NCBI GenBank assembly: GCA_000708835.1 | Contig: DF237126.1 | Coordinates: 50,369-114,368 of the forward strand | Length of the DNA: 64,000 nt | Direction: 5' to 3' | DNA from: Klebsormidium nitens | Lineage: Eukaryota; Plantae; Klebsormidiophyceae | Shown here: positions 1 through 13,109 of the stretch, one piece after another | How the letters are laid out: each line of letters starts with the position of its first letter | Position numbering within the stretch: position 1 is the stretch's first letter | Program-made: the position numbers and the translations under genes | Notes under the pieces: generated by a model | Seen by the model: the letters and a program-made list of their open reading frames with translations, nothing else | Told to the model about the DNA's origin: nothing | Database searches by the model: none

Positions 1-449
1 AAGAGCAGCAGCTGCGACGGACTCGGGAGGCTAGGTTTATTAATATTATTCTTGACATTTAACTTTCGAGAAATTGGCCCTGAATCTTTCAGATACCGTT
101 ACCTAAGTTCGTCAGGACCGGCGATAATGTACGGGCTGCTCATGCCGGTTCTCGTTAGCAGTTCTGTCTGATAATGGATACAGTGTAAAAGTAGAAGGCC
201 CGTAAATGTTGTCACACTAGTTGTCACAATGATGGCGCCAGCACAGTTGCGCTACCTCGTAGGCTAGTCAGCTCATTGCCCAGCAAAGAAGGCTCAGTGG
301 TGCATTTCTCTGTGGTGCATTTCTTACGCCCCGCCTCTGCTCCTGCACGGACCTTCGAGAAGGCCGAAACAAGCAACATAGGGTGGCCCCTTTGCAGGCA
401 AGAGTGGCGATGACAATTGCCCAAGCTAGGCTCTAACCACCGGTCAAGT

Positions 450-3400
450 ATGGAGAGTGGGGTCGACCCCATGGGAGTCCTGCCTGCTGAGGCCTCCATT
501 GACTGGCAGCAGCTGGACAAGGCAAAGTTTCTGTGGCTGGGGACTGTGGCCTCGTCAGCATTCACAGCCCTGCTGCACCCTGTGTCCCTTGTGAAGACAC
601 GGCTGCAGGCGCAGCAGTCTGGGGTGTACCGAAACAGCGCACACGCCGTACGGAAGATCTTGCAAGCGGAAGGTCCAAAGGGGTTGTATAGGGTGAGAAG
701 TTCTCTCGCTACCTTGTTTCATTTGCAATGGTGGTGGTGGAAGGTTCCACGTTGTGAGGAATTGAGAGGGCGCCACTCTCAAATGCAGACCATTCAAGGC
801 AGTGCCTTCAAACTGACCATGAGCCAAAGATTTTGTGAGACTCCTTTTCCTTCCAAGGATCAGTGATGCATCGATGCAGCATCTGTCCAACTGATGGTAG
901 ATCAGAAGCCCAAAAAACTTCCAAATCTTGGAATTCAAACCATTGATGCGAAAGCACCAATATGAAACTGGTGCTTATGCTTGATTGTAATCAGGTGATG
1001 TCCTTGTGCGTTTCGTCACAGCTCATTGATCAATTGGTTATTCATCGTATCTCCCAAGACAACGACTGCGTATGCCCAATTTTGCTTCAGGGGCTGGGCA
1101 CAGTCCTGCTAGGCACGGTCCCTGCAGAGATTGTCTATGTTGGTCTTCTGGAGATCACAAAGAGCGGGACGAGACAGACTGCGGAGCAGGGCGGCTGGTC
1201 AGACGAGGCGGCTGCAGGGCTGGCCGACAGTTGCGGTGGGCTCGTGGCAGGGGTTGCCACGCAGGGGGTAACAGTTCCGGTCGAAGTGGTGAGGGCCCCC
1301 ACTGATTGCTGTCAGACTTGATTTATGGAAATTTGGACAGATTTCTCTCTCGCTCCCATAGGGAGACTTCTGTGGGTATTCTCAAAGAAGTGAAGTTGGA
1401 CTCAGGAACATGTCTTGAGCTTCCGGCTTACAGCTAGATCAGAAAGTAGAAAATGCATCAAATCCAGTCATGTGGCTCATTGTTGCCCATCCCTTTCCGA
1501 GCCTCAACTGTTTTCAACAATGACCATCACTTGGCAGGATGGTTGGGAGTTCTCGTCAAGATCTCCGCCAAGATCTCCCTTGGAAAGAGTTTGTCGAGGC
1601 ACACTTCTTGCCTCTGAGTGAAAAAGTCAGGCCATCTCCTTTGCAGGTTAGCCAGCGGTTGATGGTCCAGGGGGCCCACTCCTCTGCCTTTTCGAACCGG
1701 TACCAGGGAAGCGCCCTTGACATTACGAGAGCGATCATCCGCCAGGAAGGGTTGCGAGGCTTGTACCGGGGATACGGCCTCTCCGTGTTGGCAGACGCCC
1801 CCAGCAGCATGGTTTGGTGGCTTGCATACGGGGCGACGCAGCGAGCACTCTGGAGGTGAGCTTGCAGATCGCCAGACTGAGAACATCTCAATCTCTGGTC
1901 AAGTCTAGATCGGGTAAATCCTTCATTTCAGTGGTTCAAAAATGAGGTTCTGAGCACTTGTGTGCATGCCGAAAGGACAGGGGAAGTCCTAAGCGCACAG
2001 CTTGACATTCGCCGACATCATGAACTTCAGGCACTTACTCCTCGATAGCCCCCGCATCAGTGAGGCTGCTCTTCTGCGAGCCCCGCCACTGGACGAACGC
2101 ATTGTGCATTGGTGTTCTGCCCTCTCCACTTAATGGCTAAGAGGGCTATCGGGTCCTCGCCTTGCAGGGCGTTGGGTTATGGGTCAGGCCGGCGAGGGGA
2201 GCCCAGCCCGCAGGAGCTGATGGGAGTGCAGGCAGCGGCCGGCACTTTTGCAGGGGCCATTGCGGGGGTGGTCACGACGCCGCTGGACGTCATCAAAACC
2301 AGGCTGCAGGTCAGGCCGGTTGCCCCGTGGCTGCCTGTGCCGTTGCACGCTCTTGGCAACCAATTTGCAGATTCTGATGGAGTTTGCGCGCTCATGCCAA
2401 AGGCCGGAGTTTTAAGCCCTCATGTGAACACAAGTCTTTGTTGGGTAAAATGGTGCTTATATAGAGAAGAGGACGGACACGAGTCAACACTTCTTGCCCT
2501 CCAGCAGCTTCGTACCACAGTTTTGAAGGCAGATCGGTCCGGATTCTCAGGGTCGAGACGCCAAGGGAAAGCGTTCACGAGCTGGATCCGATGTTGCGGC
2601 TTTGTCGATGCATCTTTCGATTCCGTGCTTCCGTTTCTCCAGCTGTATTCCGTCGTCTCAGGTCCTCGACCAGTCCTCGGGGAAGCAGCCGACCATTGCG
2701 AGCACGTTCCGAAGCCTGCTGCAACAGGACGGCGCGAAAGGCCTGTTTCGAGGGGTGTTCCCGTACTCGGCCTACATGGCACTGTCGACGGGGGCCATCA
2801 TTGTTGGCTACGAGTACATAAGTGCGGATCACGTCCAACGCTTTGTTTCCGTTGCAGTTACGCTTTCTGGCTGTTAGACTTACTACTTCTCGTTTCCCTT
2901 CCCAATTGTGAATCCCAACGTTTGAAATGCCAGGCTAGGTCCTGAATGAACTTTAGTTCTGCAGGTCCTTCTCGATCTCGAATCCTTTTCTGGATTGTCC
3001 TCTGGCTTCAATTGACAAGCTGCGTACTTGCTGTGAAGAGGGCTGGGTCCAAATTCGCTTCTTTCCAATATGATGGAACCGGAACGGCTGTCATGCCCTT
3101 ACAGAAGCAGTCTATTGATTTGCTCCAGTCGTCCGTCCTCATAGCAATCAGCCCCTTCTCGTTGCAAGGGCGCAACCAGTCATACTTACAAAGGCTCGCT
3201 ACCTTGTCGGCAAACTAATCTTTACAACCGAGTTTTGACGATCTTTAGTACGAGTTGTCGCCAGGAGACTCCAGCCCTGGACATGGGTAGATTATAATGA
3301 CACGAGTTGCGTTGTAAAGTTCAGTGTTTTGTGAGACCGCGCTTCACCTTTTTGCCCTTAATCAGATTCTGACCACGTCAACCTTCTTTCGCTCTGACCA

Positions 3401-3567
3401 CGTCGACCAACTCCCGTCAACTTTTACTACCTGCAGAACGGACGTGTGTGAAAAGCGACTTGCCGGACCGAGTTTCTAGGATTGATGACAGCGAACCTAG
3501 TCAAATCGAAGAAGATAGTCGTATTGATATTTCCCCGAAGGCTGGAACGTCAAAACATTCTAGATAG
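450..3567 (+). CDS. SLC25A44: Mitochondrial substrate carrier (SLC25 family, SLC25A44-like), 6 exons, ~360 aa
   Basis: Exons 450-692, 1091-1288, 1647-1855, 2168-2309, 2662-2821, 3437-3567 join in frame through GT-AG introns. Three carrier repeats with PVSLVKTR, PVEVVSQR and PLDVIKTR, plus EGxxGLYRG motifs; the pattern matches the SLC25A44 subfamily. Confidence 0.9.
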
Positions 3568-4857
3568 GTACAATTGTCCTTGGACTGAGTCTGCAGCAAA
3601 TAGATTGTTCTGGCAGCAAGGCGTAGGTATCTTGACAAAGTAATAGGATATCGCACGAGCCGCACGCCAACAGGAGTTGTGTACAGGTGAGGCGCCTTCG
3701 ATTGGTGGCCACATGTTCCCAAGAAGAGATGACTGCGCTATTTCTGATGCGAACCGGAATGGCAATTTGTATGACCAAGTGTCACGAGGCGAGCAGGCTT
3801 GCTCATGGGATCCTTTCAAGCCGCAATCGACTCGGATAGTGCAACCTAGGCGCCACTGAACAGCTCTAGCCATATATAGCGCGCAAGACTGAACCACTAG
3901 CTGCATCATCCTTGAGTCATAGCATGTGAATCCTGGAGTCCGTGATCTCACATGATCTCGTTGACTGCACGCAGTGCCGCTTGGTAATTTAAGCGCGGGG
4001 CTAGCAGTCGTGTGTGCACCGTTGTGCATTTCGCATTCTGTACCGTGCTCGCGCGGCTCCTGCGGCCCGCACTGAAAGCATGTGTGTACTTCATGAATGC
4101 GCGCACCACCCGCAGGAATTCTATGCACTTGACACTCAGTGGCCGCCCATGCATATTCAATCTCTTAAACTAACTCAACGGCGCGGCTGGGCTGCCCGCC
4201 GCACCGCGCGAAAAAACATCTCGAATTAGGGCCGGCCGCGGCGGCTGAAGCATGGATTGCGTTTCGGCATATATATGATCGCGTTGCGATGTAATGCATG
4301 ATCGACGGATCGGTTGCTGTTCGGCCGCAGTTCAATGCATGCACTAAGGTTCAGTGCGCTTCGAAATGGAAATTGATTTGAAAAGTTCCGAGGTTCCATG
4401 CCAAAGCAGCACTTCGCGCGCGTCCATGCCATGGCCATGCATACATAGGACGGACCGTCATGCATGGACCGGGCCCGACATGGGAAGGACCTCGACCATA
4501 TCCTACAAACTCAGACGCGTCCAAGGATAGACTGCATGCTTTCAATTAAACAGGCTTAAGTCACTTGAATCACTACGCGTGCAACATCGTGACTGTAATT
4601 GCGGCGCCTCGAGATGCACGATTTTTGTGTCACTCTTTGGGCCGCAGTAGATCTGACTAATGCAAACACGTATGGTTGCACGGCCGGGACGGGCCGTGTT
4701 GCTCATGCAGAAGGATCGATTGTGTCCAATCAGCATTCGTTTGTTGCAACCTTATAATGGAACAAAATTGACTCGCGACGTGTCTGCAGTATTCTTTATT
4801 TTCGGCGACTACGTGACAGTTCCAGCTGTATTGAAAGCACTCGTGCGCTATCATTTG

Positions 4858-7090
4858 CTATGAGTACTCCATAAGCTTGAGCTTGAACAGAGCAAAAGCC
4901 ACGCAGATCTGCAAGTAAAGCGTAACAAGGATGCATTGCGTGGTCCCATTTGGATGAGCAGCTGGAGGCCTTCGAAGAACGTCCAAGGTGTCGTCACAAT
5001 CAAACGAAAACGTCGACAGAAGTTACACAAAAAAAGTTGACATGCGCACATTGCGAAAACCACGTTTTCCCCAAAACAAGCGTGCAGCTTCTTTCGGAAT
5101 CAAAAGAACGAGATGTCCGATAAAAGTGCTCCACTGCCCAAGGTCTACAAGGAGAGAATCGATCATGGCCCCGTCATAAAAGACTTTCGGAAACTGTATG
5201 GGTAACACGTCCGATTTTTGCTAGCCTTTGAGATACGGGAGGGATCAACCATTTTGAACCGCTATCTCAAAGAACTGGCCATGAGAAAGCTCTTGTCAAG
5301 CACAACTTACGTGCACATCAGGAAACGACGTCGTTTGCCCTACCGAAAAAGAATCTACACTCATTGCTTCAACGAGAGGTTTGTCAGGAAACCGAATGGT
5401 AGGCGACGGTGCGGTCTCGGAAGTCGTGCAATCTCACCTCCACCAGAGTGGGCAGAATGTTACAAAACACCACGATGTAGACGAACCAGGCAAGTTCCCA
5501 ATGCTGCAGTCAAATATAGAACGCCGGTCATCGACACGAATACGGTCTTTAATATGCCCTGTCAAGTCTCCAGCTTTGGCGAAGTGAGAAGAGAAGAAAC
5601 CTAGCGTTCGTATCAAACCCTGCTTTCATTGGTGAAGCATGCACGCGTCGATCTCAATCCTCTGCAGGAACGGAACTAGTGGATCTGGAGAATCTTTCTG
5701 GGGATGTCTAGGATCCTCCGTCCAACACCGGTTCAAGTGCTTTGCAACTTGCCCGAGCTTTTCTGTCTCACCTGGGAAACGAAGAACGATAGCAGGACCG
5801 CACCTACGAAGTGTAGCCAGATATCTGGGGCGCTGGACTTGTCAAGGAACCACAAGGAAAGGAAGAAAAAAGCAGGGACTTGCAGACTTTTATCGGTCTC
5901 TCCAAATTAGCACAATGCTGACTTATTTTTGCCAGCCAATCGAACTTACGCCGTTGTTGCTAGATCGAGCGAGCGTTCAAGTTGATGAGGAACATTGCAA
6001 GGGACAGCGATGTGGAACGGCTAAAGGATACAGAGGCCGTTGACCTTGGGCAGGAAGAGAGAGACTCCGGAGAAGGTCCCCAGGAACTCGGCCACAAAGC
6101 ACACCATGGAGATGGCCGACAGAGCCAACAGCCTGCAAGCAGAGTAGTGTGCATACTCGACTTCTTCCTTCAGATTTTGGAAGGATCACACAATTCGTGA
6201 CATGAACCTCTGTTGCCTTGAAAAATTCATGGAGAGGTCTTGTGAGCCCACAGCAGTTAATTGCAAGAAACGTGACGTTGTATGGAAAGCTTGCTTCAAA
6301 GAAAGAGTTTTGGGTCTGTGTGATCACCAAAGCTGTCTACAGGGGCAACAGACCCTGCTGCAACGGGTCAAGCGAAAGACGAAAATGTCTTTCAGCCAGA
6401 CTTTGCTCGCTGTCAGCTCACTTAACCTATTGGACCTTTTAAAGTCTCCACTGTGTGTGGCAGAGAAGATCAGCGGTATGTCCGGGTTAAAAGTGAACGA
6501 ACTGTTTAAACCCAGACTCACTCTGTTCGATGCCTTTGCACTTGAGGCTCTGTTGCATTGATATCCAGAGCACGCAACACTATGTTGTCCTGCAGGCCAA
6601 GCAAAACGTTTGTGTTATAGCTGGCCAGATGCTCTTCGAACCACTTGGCCAATGGCAGCTACCACTAACCATTTTCATTTATTACCATTTTCATTTCTTA
6701 CAGTGCTGAATTTGGAAATTGAATGATGGTTGGAAAGTTGCATCATCGATAAATGCTGCAGAGTTCAGTCAAGAAGAGAAAGCCGCCAACCAGCCAAGAT
6801 TGAAACCAACTGTTGGTTATACCGCAACGTTGAAAGCTGACAAAAGCTAGACTCTCAAGCACAGCTAAAACTCAAAAGTATTGAGAGGATGTTTGTGAGA
6901 ACAGTGCAAGCCCCATACTTCATGAAATGCTGATAAGTATCTACTTGCAAAGAGATGAGAAACACACGCAATTACCAACATCTTGCTCCTACAAAAGATT
7001 TCTTACCACGTCATAAAAGATCGTCAAGCTGCAGACAAGGTGCGCTGCTGTAGTCAGGAATCGAGCTGGCAACGTAATCTCCTCCACCAT
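4858..7090 (-). CDS. TMEM107: TMEM107-like ciliary transition-zone membrane protein, 6 exons, 140 aa
   Basis: Exons 7090-7007, 6589-6522, 6132-6032, 5824-5772, 5503-5438, 4908-4858 (423 nt) give MVEEITLPARFLTTAAHLVCSLTIFYDVDNIVLRALDINATEPQVQRHRTELLALSAISMVCFVAEFLGTFSGVSLFLPKVNGLYIWLHFVGAVLLSFFVSQHWELAWFVYIVVFCNILPTLVEICVAFALFKLKLMEYS. Matches TMEM107 motifs (PxRFLTxxAH, ELxGFxSGVSxF, HW..W.YI..F...LP..xE). Confidence 0.9.
5825..6031 (-). other. U12-type (minor spliceosome) GT-AG intron, TMEM107 intron 3
   Basis: 5' site GTATCCTTT at 6031-6023; branch point TTCCTTGAC at 5849-5841, followed by 16 nt ending in CAG. Confidence 0.9.
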
Positions 7091-8261
7091 GGTTGCTGGC
7101 TTGAAGTATCTGACAAAAGTGATGTACCAGGGCAGAAGCAGGGGGGTAAGGCAGATTGAGGTCAAGCCCAACCAGGAGCCCATATCAGGGTCCGCAGTTC
7201 CGCCACTGTCGACCAAGGTTAGCTCATTGCTTTGGTATAATTTGGCCAGCTTGCTTTCTATCAGTAAAGCAGTTGCGCAGGTTTTGAGTTGGCTGAAACT
7301 TCCAAGCTCTTTTTGTTTACGAGCCGTTGGTCGTGAGCTGCTGGCTGCATGAAGTACTGCTGCAATTCAAGTTTAGACAGATTGCAATCATGTCTATCAA
7401 GGGCCCCAACTGAGAGCTTGTAGCACCAGAAACACACGGGAATAGCAGCTTGCCAATCTGCAAAGTTATTCTCAGCTAGTTTGCTGATGCTGCAGCTAGA
7501 GCTTCTGCAATTGTCCGAGACCACAGCTTGGCACGTGCCCTTGTTATGTACCTAGTAGGCACAAAGCTTGCCCCTCATCGATGTGGCCAAAGGGGGCGCC
7601 AGGGCTCCCAAATGATGAGCTAGCACAGCTCTGAACATGAAGCGATCCGCCACAAAACTTAAGGGATTCATCAGCACCTCAGGCTCTGATCTTCACTGAT
7701 TAGAGTCGGACCCCAGTCGGACTCTAGGTATCTAGAGCGCAGGCTGCGCAGCACAGTCGGTTATACCGCCATGAACAAAGTTTTGCGCGCGCTCCAACTG
7801 AATATTGCCGGATTGGCTCCACCGGCAACAGGCGGCTCCTTCGCATCTTTGGCACCGGGCAACTTGCCCATGGTCTACCGAAGAATGAAATCAAATGCCA
7901 GTGTCAAAGAAACAGGGTCGGAAACCGGCGAGCAAGACGGGACGCCTCGGCAGGCTCGTGGCTTGCGTAACATTTTGTTGAGTGGCCAGCTTTTCGTTGC
8001 TCTCTGCACGCCCTCAGGCTCCTGCATGCGTCCCTCATGCGCGCCAATGCCAATGGCAATGCAGACGGTGTGTGAGGAGAGCGCTCGCCGCTGGTGTCCT
8101 GTTTGCCAATGCTGTGATGTTAGCCAAATGCGGTCTGCCACTGGTAGTGGGTAGTATTCTCCGAATCCCGAGAATGTAGGCGGGACGGTTGTATCTCCGC
8201 TGCTGCAAGCTCTCATGTAAAGCTGCTTTCACGCGTACTGGTAGGAGGGGCCCAAGACCAG

Positions 8262-11200
8262 ATGGCTCTCAGCGGATCTCTCTGCAGCCTGAGACCAGGC
8301 TTGAGAACGCCTAATTATGGGTCAATCACAGGCAACAGGTGGGGGGAGTCAATGCAGACAAAGAGCTCTCCATATCCTAGAAGAAAAGCAGCTTGCAACA
8401 ATGTCTGCAATCACATTGGCAGCTTCTGTGGCACTCGTTTGGTGTGGCACGGCACATGCAAGCTGGAAACTACACGGAAGGGATGTCTTCATGCGACCTT
8501 TTCTGCGCTCTCCAAATCAGCCTCTGCCAAGGCTTGCATGTTAAAAAGAGGTACGGAGGGCCCTTCAGTAGGTGGTGGTTGTGCCCAGATAGAAGACGGC
8601 GCTCCCAAGCTGCTCAGCAAAACATACAGCATTGCTTCAAGCAGGATTGTCTCCAGTTTAGTGACAGGCGCCGTCGCCGCTGGGCTGGTGCTTTCTGCAA
8701 GCAGCGGGGACGTTGCGCTCGCCGAGCTGAGCCATGCAACCGAACAGCAGCGTTTGGAACTGATTCACAATGTAGCGTTCAACGCCACCAGTCTTCCTGA
8801 AGCTGCAAACAGCAGTGATCCGGAGCCCGTGTTGTCAACTGCCTCGCTGACCGCCCCGGAGCTCTCACCGACATCAGTGAGCAGTGAGACTGCGGCGAGT
8901 GGAGGTCAGGGCTCCTACAATGAGATGGTGTACGGGCGGTTGAGCGAGTTGCACAATGACGAGGAAGCCCATCGTGCAATGTTCACAGATGACGCCTGGG
9001 AAGGAATGAACATTGTACGAGAGTACGGGCGGTTGATTGAGACCAAGGAGGAGGAGGAGAATGCGTGCGCCGAGTGCTTGCAGAACCGAAAGCTGGTCGA
9101 GCGGGCCTGGCAGGTTGTGTCGAATGAGTTCTACGATCCGGTGCGCGGTTTCTCGCAGGTGAGGGGATGGGAGCTAGCCTGCATGGAAAGGGGAATAGAC
9201 AGCAAATTGTGTACGTTTTGGAATTGAGGCCACTCTAGTTCCTGTTCCCAAATGAGCAGTGGCTGTCAGCGTCTTCAGAGCCAGTATCTGAAAGATGGGC
9301 CACTGCTTCGATGGCGACATTGGTTGTGGTGTACAATGAGGGGTCACATTGATCCTGTGTCCGGCAAACAGAAACTCCTGCTTAGTAATCTTCGTGCTGG
9401 CGACAAAAGACTTTCCTTTCACTCCGATCGACTACCTTGCTACTATAGATTTAGGTTGGGGACCCACATAGGTCCTAAGAACATCAAGTCCTGGATGACA
9501 TGAATACGGAGTTTCATCCCCCCTCGGAGGGAAGCACCTTCTCCCATACATACTGCCAGTGGTAGACAATTCAAGCCCAAATACACAGGCTCTCTCTTCA
9601 TCAACCGTGTCTAATCTTGCAGGCCAAGTGGGCCCAAGCACTGTACACCAGCATGGCAAAAGCGGGGGGCTTGCTGCGCACCAAAGCGCAAACGTACGCC
9701 GTCCTGACCGACATGGTGGCGTCCTTGGGGGACCGCTACAGTGCATTTCTACCCCCCTCTTTGTACCGGCTGGCCATCCGGCACCCAAACCCCTCAGAGG
9801 TGCGATACCTCGCGGCGCAGTACACAGGGATTGGCATCGAGGTGAGACTGAAACTTTTGGTGAAGCTTCAACCAACTTGGTTTTGAAGGCTAAGTTACTA
9901 TCCCATCGGTCAAATTCCGGAGCGCCTACTTTGAGACAAGCTCGACTCAGCTCTCCCGTGCTTTTTGCCAGATGGATTCAGAAGGCGGTTGCACTTGCAA
10001 AAGTGGACGGAACGCTATATATACATACTGGTGGCATCGAAAACTTCCTCGTCCTTCCATTGTTGACAATTGTGTGGCCAATTCTTGCAGCATCGCGGGG
10101 GGGTTGTATCAAGCTTCATTCCATACGCATGAGCCACGCCGATTAATCCGGATCGTTTTGTTCTATCCACAAAAGTTGGGCGAACTTTACCACCAAATTC
10201 GCAACTACCAGACCGCGCAACGGGTTTCGAACTTAGCTCAGGTGGCCCAAATTCCGTATCGCATGCAATCCCTGAAAGCAAAGCCGGTTTGATTTTAACG
10301 GCTGACAGTAGAGTTGTGTATCTGCAGTTGGGCCCTGTGTCTCCCTTGGGGGGATTCACTATCGTGGCCCCGTTTGCCAGTTCGCCGGCGGAGGAAGCGG
10401 GCATTCGGCCGGGGGAGAGCCTGGTGGCCATTGATGGCCTCCCCTGCGAGCAGCTCACGAGAGACGAGGCCGCCACTCTCATGCGGGGGCCTGTGGGGTC
10501 ACCGGTACGTGTGCTGGGCTTTTGCAACGTCATCGCTGGAGCTCTCGTGCAGAACCCGTCGACCAATCTGAGTGCCCCGAGATACAACATTCATTATCCT
10601 CGATTGGTGTCCTCTATCTCGATGCATTTGACTCAAAACTGCTCAACCTGCCCGTTTATGACAGTGTTTCGGATCCTGTTTGTCGTCAGCAGACTCCCTC
10701 ATATATTTCTTGCACAAGAACCCTGCAAACCGAGCTCTGCAAACGGGTCCCGTCCTTCCTACCCCGTTCACAAACATTCTTCCAATCCGAAGAGCGCTTC
10801 GAGGAGTCACTTCCTCCTCAGAGGTCAGAAAAGGTTGGGAAGAGCTTCACGAAGTCACTTCCATTTCAGGGGTCAAAAGCCAGAAGTTCGTCCTTTCCCA
10901 CACGCTATTTTGAAGATCAAGCGTTCAATTTCACCACCATGGGAGCGCGACTGCTGCCGTACAGTAGCCAGCAACCTTGGCTTCCGACGCCCTTCGACGG
11001 ACACTTCACCCACCCATGTCCACAGGTACAACTAGACGTGGTCAGTCTCGCGGGGCAGGAGCGCCAGGTGACGATCGAGCGGCGAACGCTTCCGCGGCCG
11101 CCAATGAAGCACTTCAACGTCAGCGGGCCGGGCGGGCAGCTCTTCTCGTACATTCGGTTACACTACTTTTCTTCAGACGGAACGCGGATGGTGCAGGCCG

Positions 11201-13109
11201 CCATAAAAGAAGGGGAGGCGCTCGGCGTTGATGGATACAGTGAGTCGCACAGCGGACTATTTCTCGTTCGTTCCTTATCATCGGCTAATATTTTCAGAGT
11301 CCATCGTGAGGTCAGTAAGTGAGTTGGCAAGTGACCAAACATTCTGGCGGTGGCTCCTTCATATTCTATTCAGGAAAGCGCGAAGACCCGTTCTAAATAG
11401 GTCCCCGCAAACTACGACCGTGCATTTTATTTCTCGTACCTGCCTTCGTAAGCAAAGTCTCTCAGCTGGGAAGATCTGCGAACCTTTCACAGGAGGTTCG
11501 CTTAAGCACCCAACTGTTCCGTGCAATTTCTGCCCATGCCATGTTGCATTTTGGGCGACCTGCCCGCCTAAACCCTGCACTTTCGCCCTCGCCCTAGTTC
11601 TCGACCTGCGGAACAACCCGGGGGGCGTATTTGAGGAAGCCGTGGCGTGCGCTGCGCTGTGGCTGGACTGCGGCAGCTGCCAGGTCGTCACCACCGTCAA
11701 CACCAACGCGGGGGATGACGTCATCTACCAGGCGGACAACCTGAGCAAGAACGTCTTCCCCGCCCACCCGGGGAACCTCACCCGGGCACCCCTCGTCGTG
11801 CTGGCCAACCGGGGCAGCGCCAGTGCGAGCGAGGTCAGCGCACTCCTTTCACTCGCTTTCTGGCGAAAAGTCGGACCTTTTGCTGGGGAAAAAAGTCCAA
11901 CGTTTTTGCAGATGGGCTGTTGCGCCTGGCTCCTCGTTCCTTGTCGCAACCTCGTCAGGCGAGCCAAAGAGATCTACAAGTGGCGTTTTTTGTTTTTTGC
12001 ACTATCTCAGAGAACACGCAGGCAGCGGAGTGTTCCAAGGGGATGCGGCCTATCTTTTTCGAGCTCTGCAGGACTGTAAGATCACGCCAGAGCCTTCACA
12101 TCGTCCAGGTTTCGTAGTCGAAGCCTCCTTGGGCCAGACGCCGAGGCTCCGGTTGAACGGAGCACACGAAACTGCAGTGTTCGACAAACCGCTTGATTCG
12201 CTGTCTGAACCGGCAACAGATTCTGGAGCCGCAGTCTGCAACCTAGGATTTCCTAACCCTGCAGAGAGTCTTGAATCTTCACAGAACCCGCTCGTATCGC
12301 TGTTCTCTTGGCCAACCCCGAGACCATGGCGTCTTAGGTTTAAGCTGACGCGCAGGTTCTGGCTGGCGCACTGCGCGACAACAGCCGCGCGGTGTATGTC
12401 GGGGAGCGTTCTTTCGGGAAGGGCGTCATTCAGTACTACTTCCCTATGACCGACGGCTCGGGCCTCAAGCTCACCGTCGCCAAGTACCTCACGCCCGCCA
12501 AGTACGACATCGCCGCCAGGTCAGCACCCGCGCGCATTCCAAAAGATTCAGGACCCCTTGAAAATCTATCAGGACCCCTTGAAAATCTATCAGGACCCCT
12601 TGAAAATCTAGTAGACGACTCTTAGGAGCGCACCTGGTCTGAAAACAGGGTACTCGACCATCCTAGGAGCGTAAGAAGACCAGGAGATGTTTCAGTGTGG
12701 CAGGGAGAGCTCAAGCGGGGAGGACTCCAACCCACCTCGTTGAGAGTGAGGTGTGCAGTCAGCAAGTTGGCCCAACCTCGCATCTATCCTCCACGGCTCT
12801 TTCCCGCTGCGAAAGGTTGGAATGGCGATAGATTCACGCTATCAGTGAGCACTTTCGGCGGAAACAATCTACGATTCTCGCGTGACGTCACTTGCTGGTG
12901 CCCTGACTTGCAGCGGGGGCCTTGTCCCGGACCTGGAGTGCCACGACTACCCCCACGGCCGGGCCACCGACGACTGCATTCAGCTAGCCATGCGGGTCAT
13001 GTCAAAAACTTCAGAGGAGCGGCGCACGTTGCTGCGGCCCACGCCCGACTCGAGAACGATACCGTATGCTGCGGCTGGGGTCGGTGGAGCCGGGTCGTAT
13101 TCAATGTAG
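8262..13109 (+). CDS. C-terminal processing peptidase (S41A, CtpA family; PDZ plus catalytic domain), probably plastid/thylakoid targeted, 7 exons
   Basis: Exons 8262-9158, 9623-9841, 10328-10504, 11026-11239, 11598-11833, 12356-12519, 12914-13109. PDZ-like GIGIE..SPAEEAGI..IDG; motifs LDLRNNPGG, SASASE (catalytic Ser), FGKG (catalytic Lys), LKLTVAKYLTP. N-terminal Ser/Arg-rich transit-like region followed by a hydrophobic AxA segment. Confidence 0.9.
12549..12610 (+). repeat. Intronic tandem repeat, 21 bp x ~3
   Basis: CAGGACCCCTTGAAAATCTAT repeated head to tail (third copy lacks the last base), in CtpA intron 6. Confidence 0.95.

Noticed and set aside
7771-8216. Overlapping ORFs of 113-127 aa on both strands upstream of CtpA
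   Set aside because: No recognisable motif or coherent exon chain; falls in the TMEM107/CtpA divergent region and may be UTR. Unresolved rather than disproved.
12549-12610. 21-bp repeats as a possible CRISPR array or coding repeat (GPLENLS x3 in ORF 12392-12625)
   Set aside because: No spacers; lies inside a GT-AG intron, so the peptide repeat is intron read-through.
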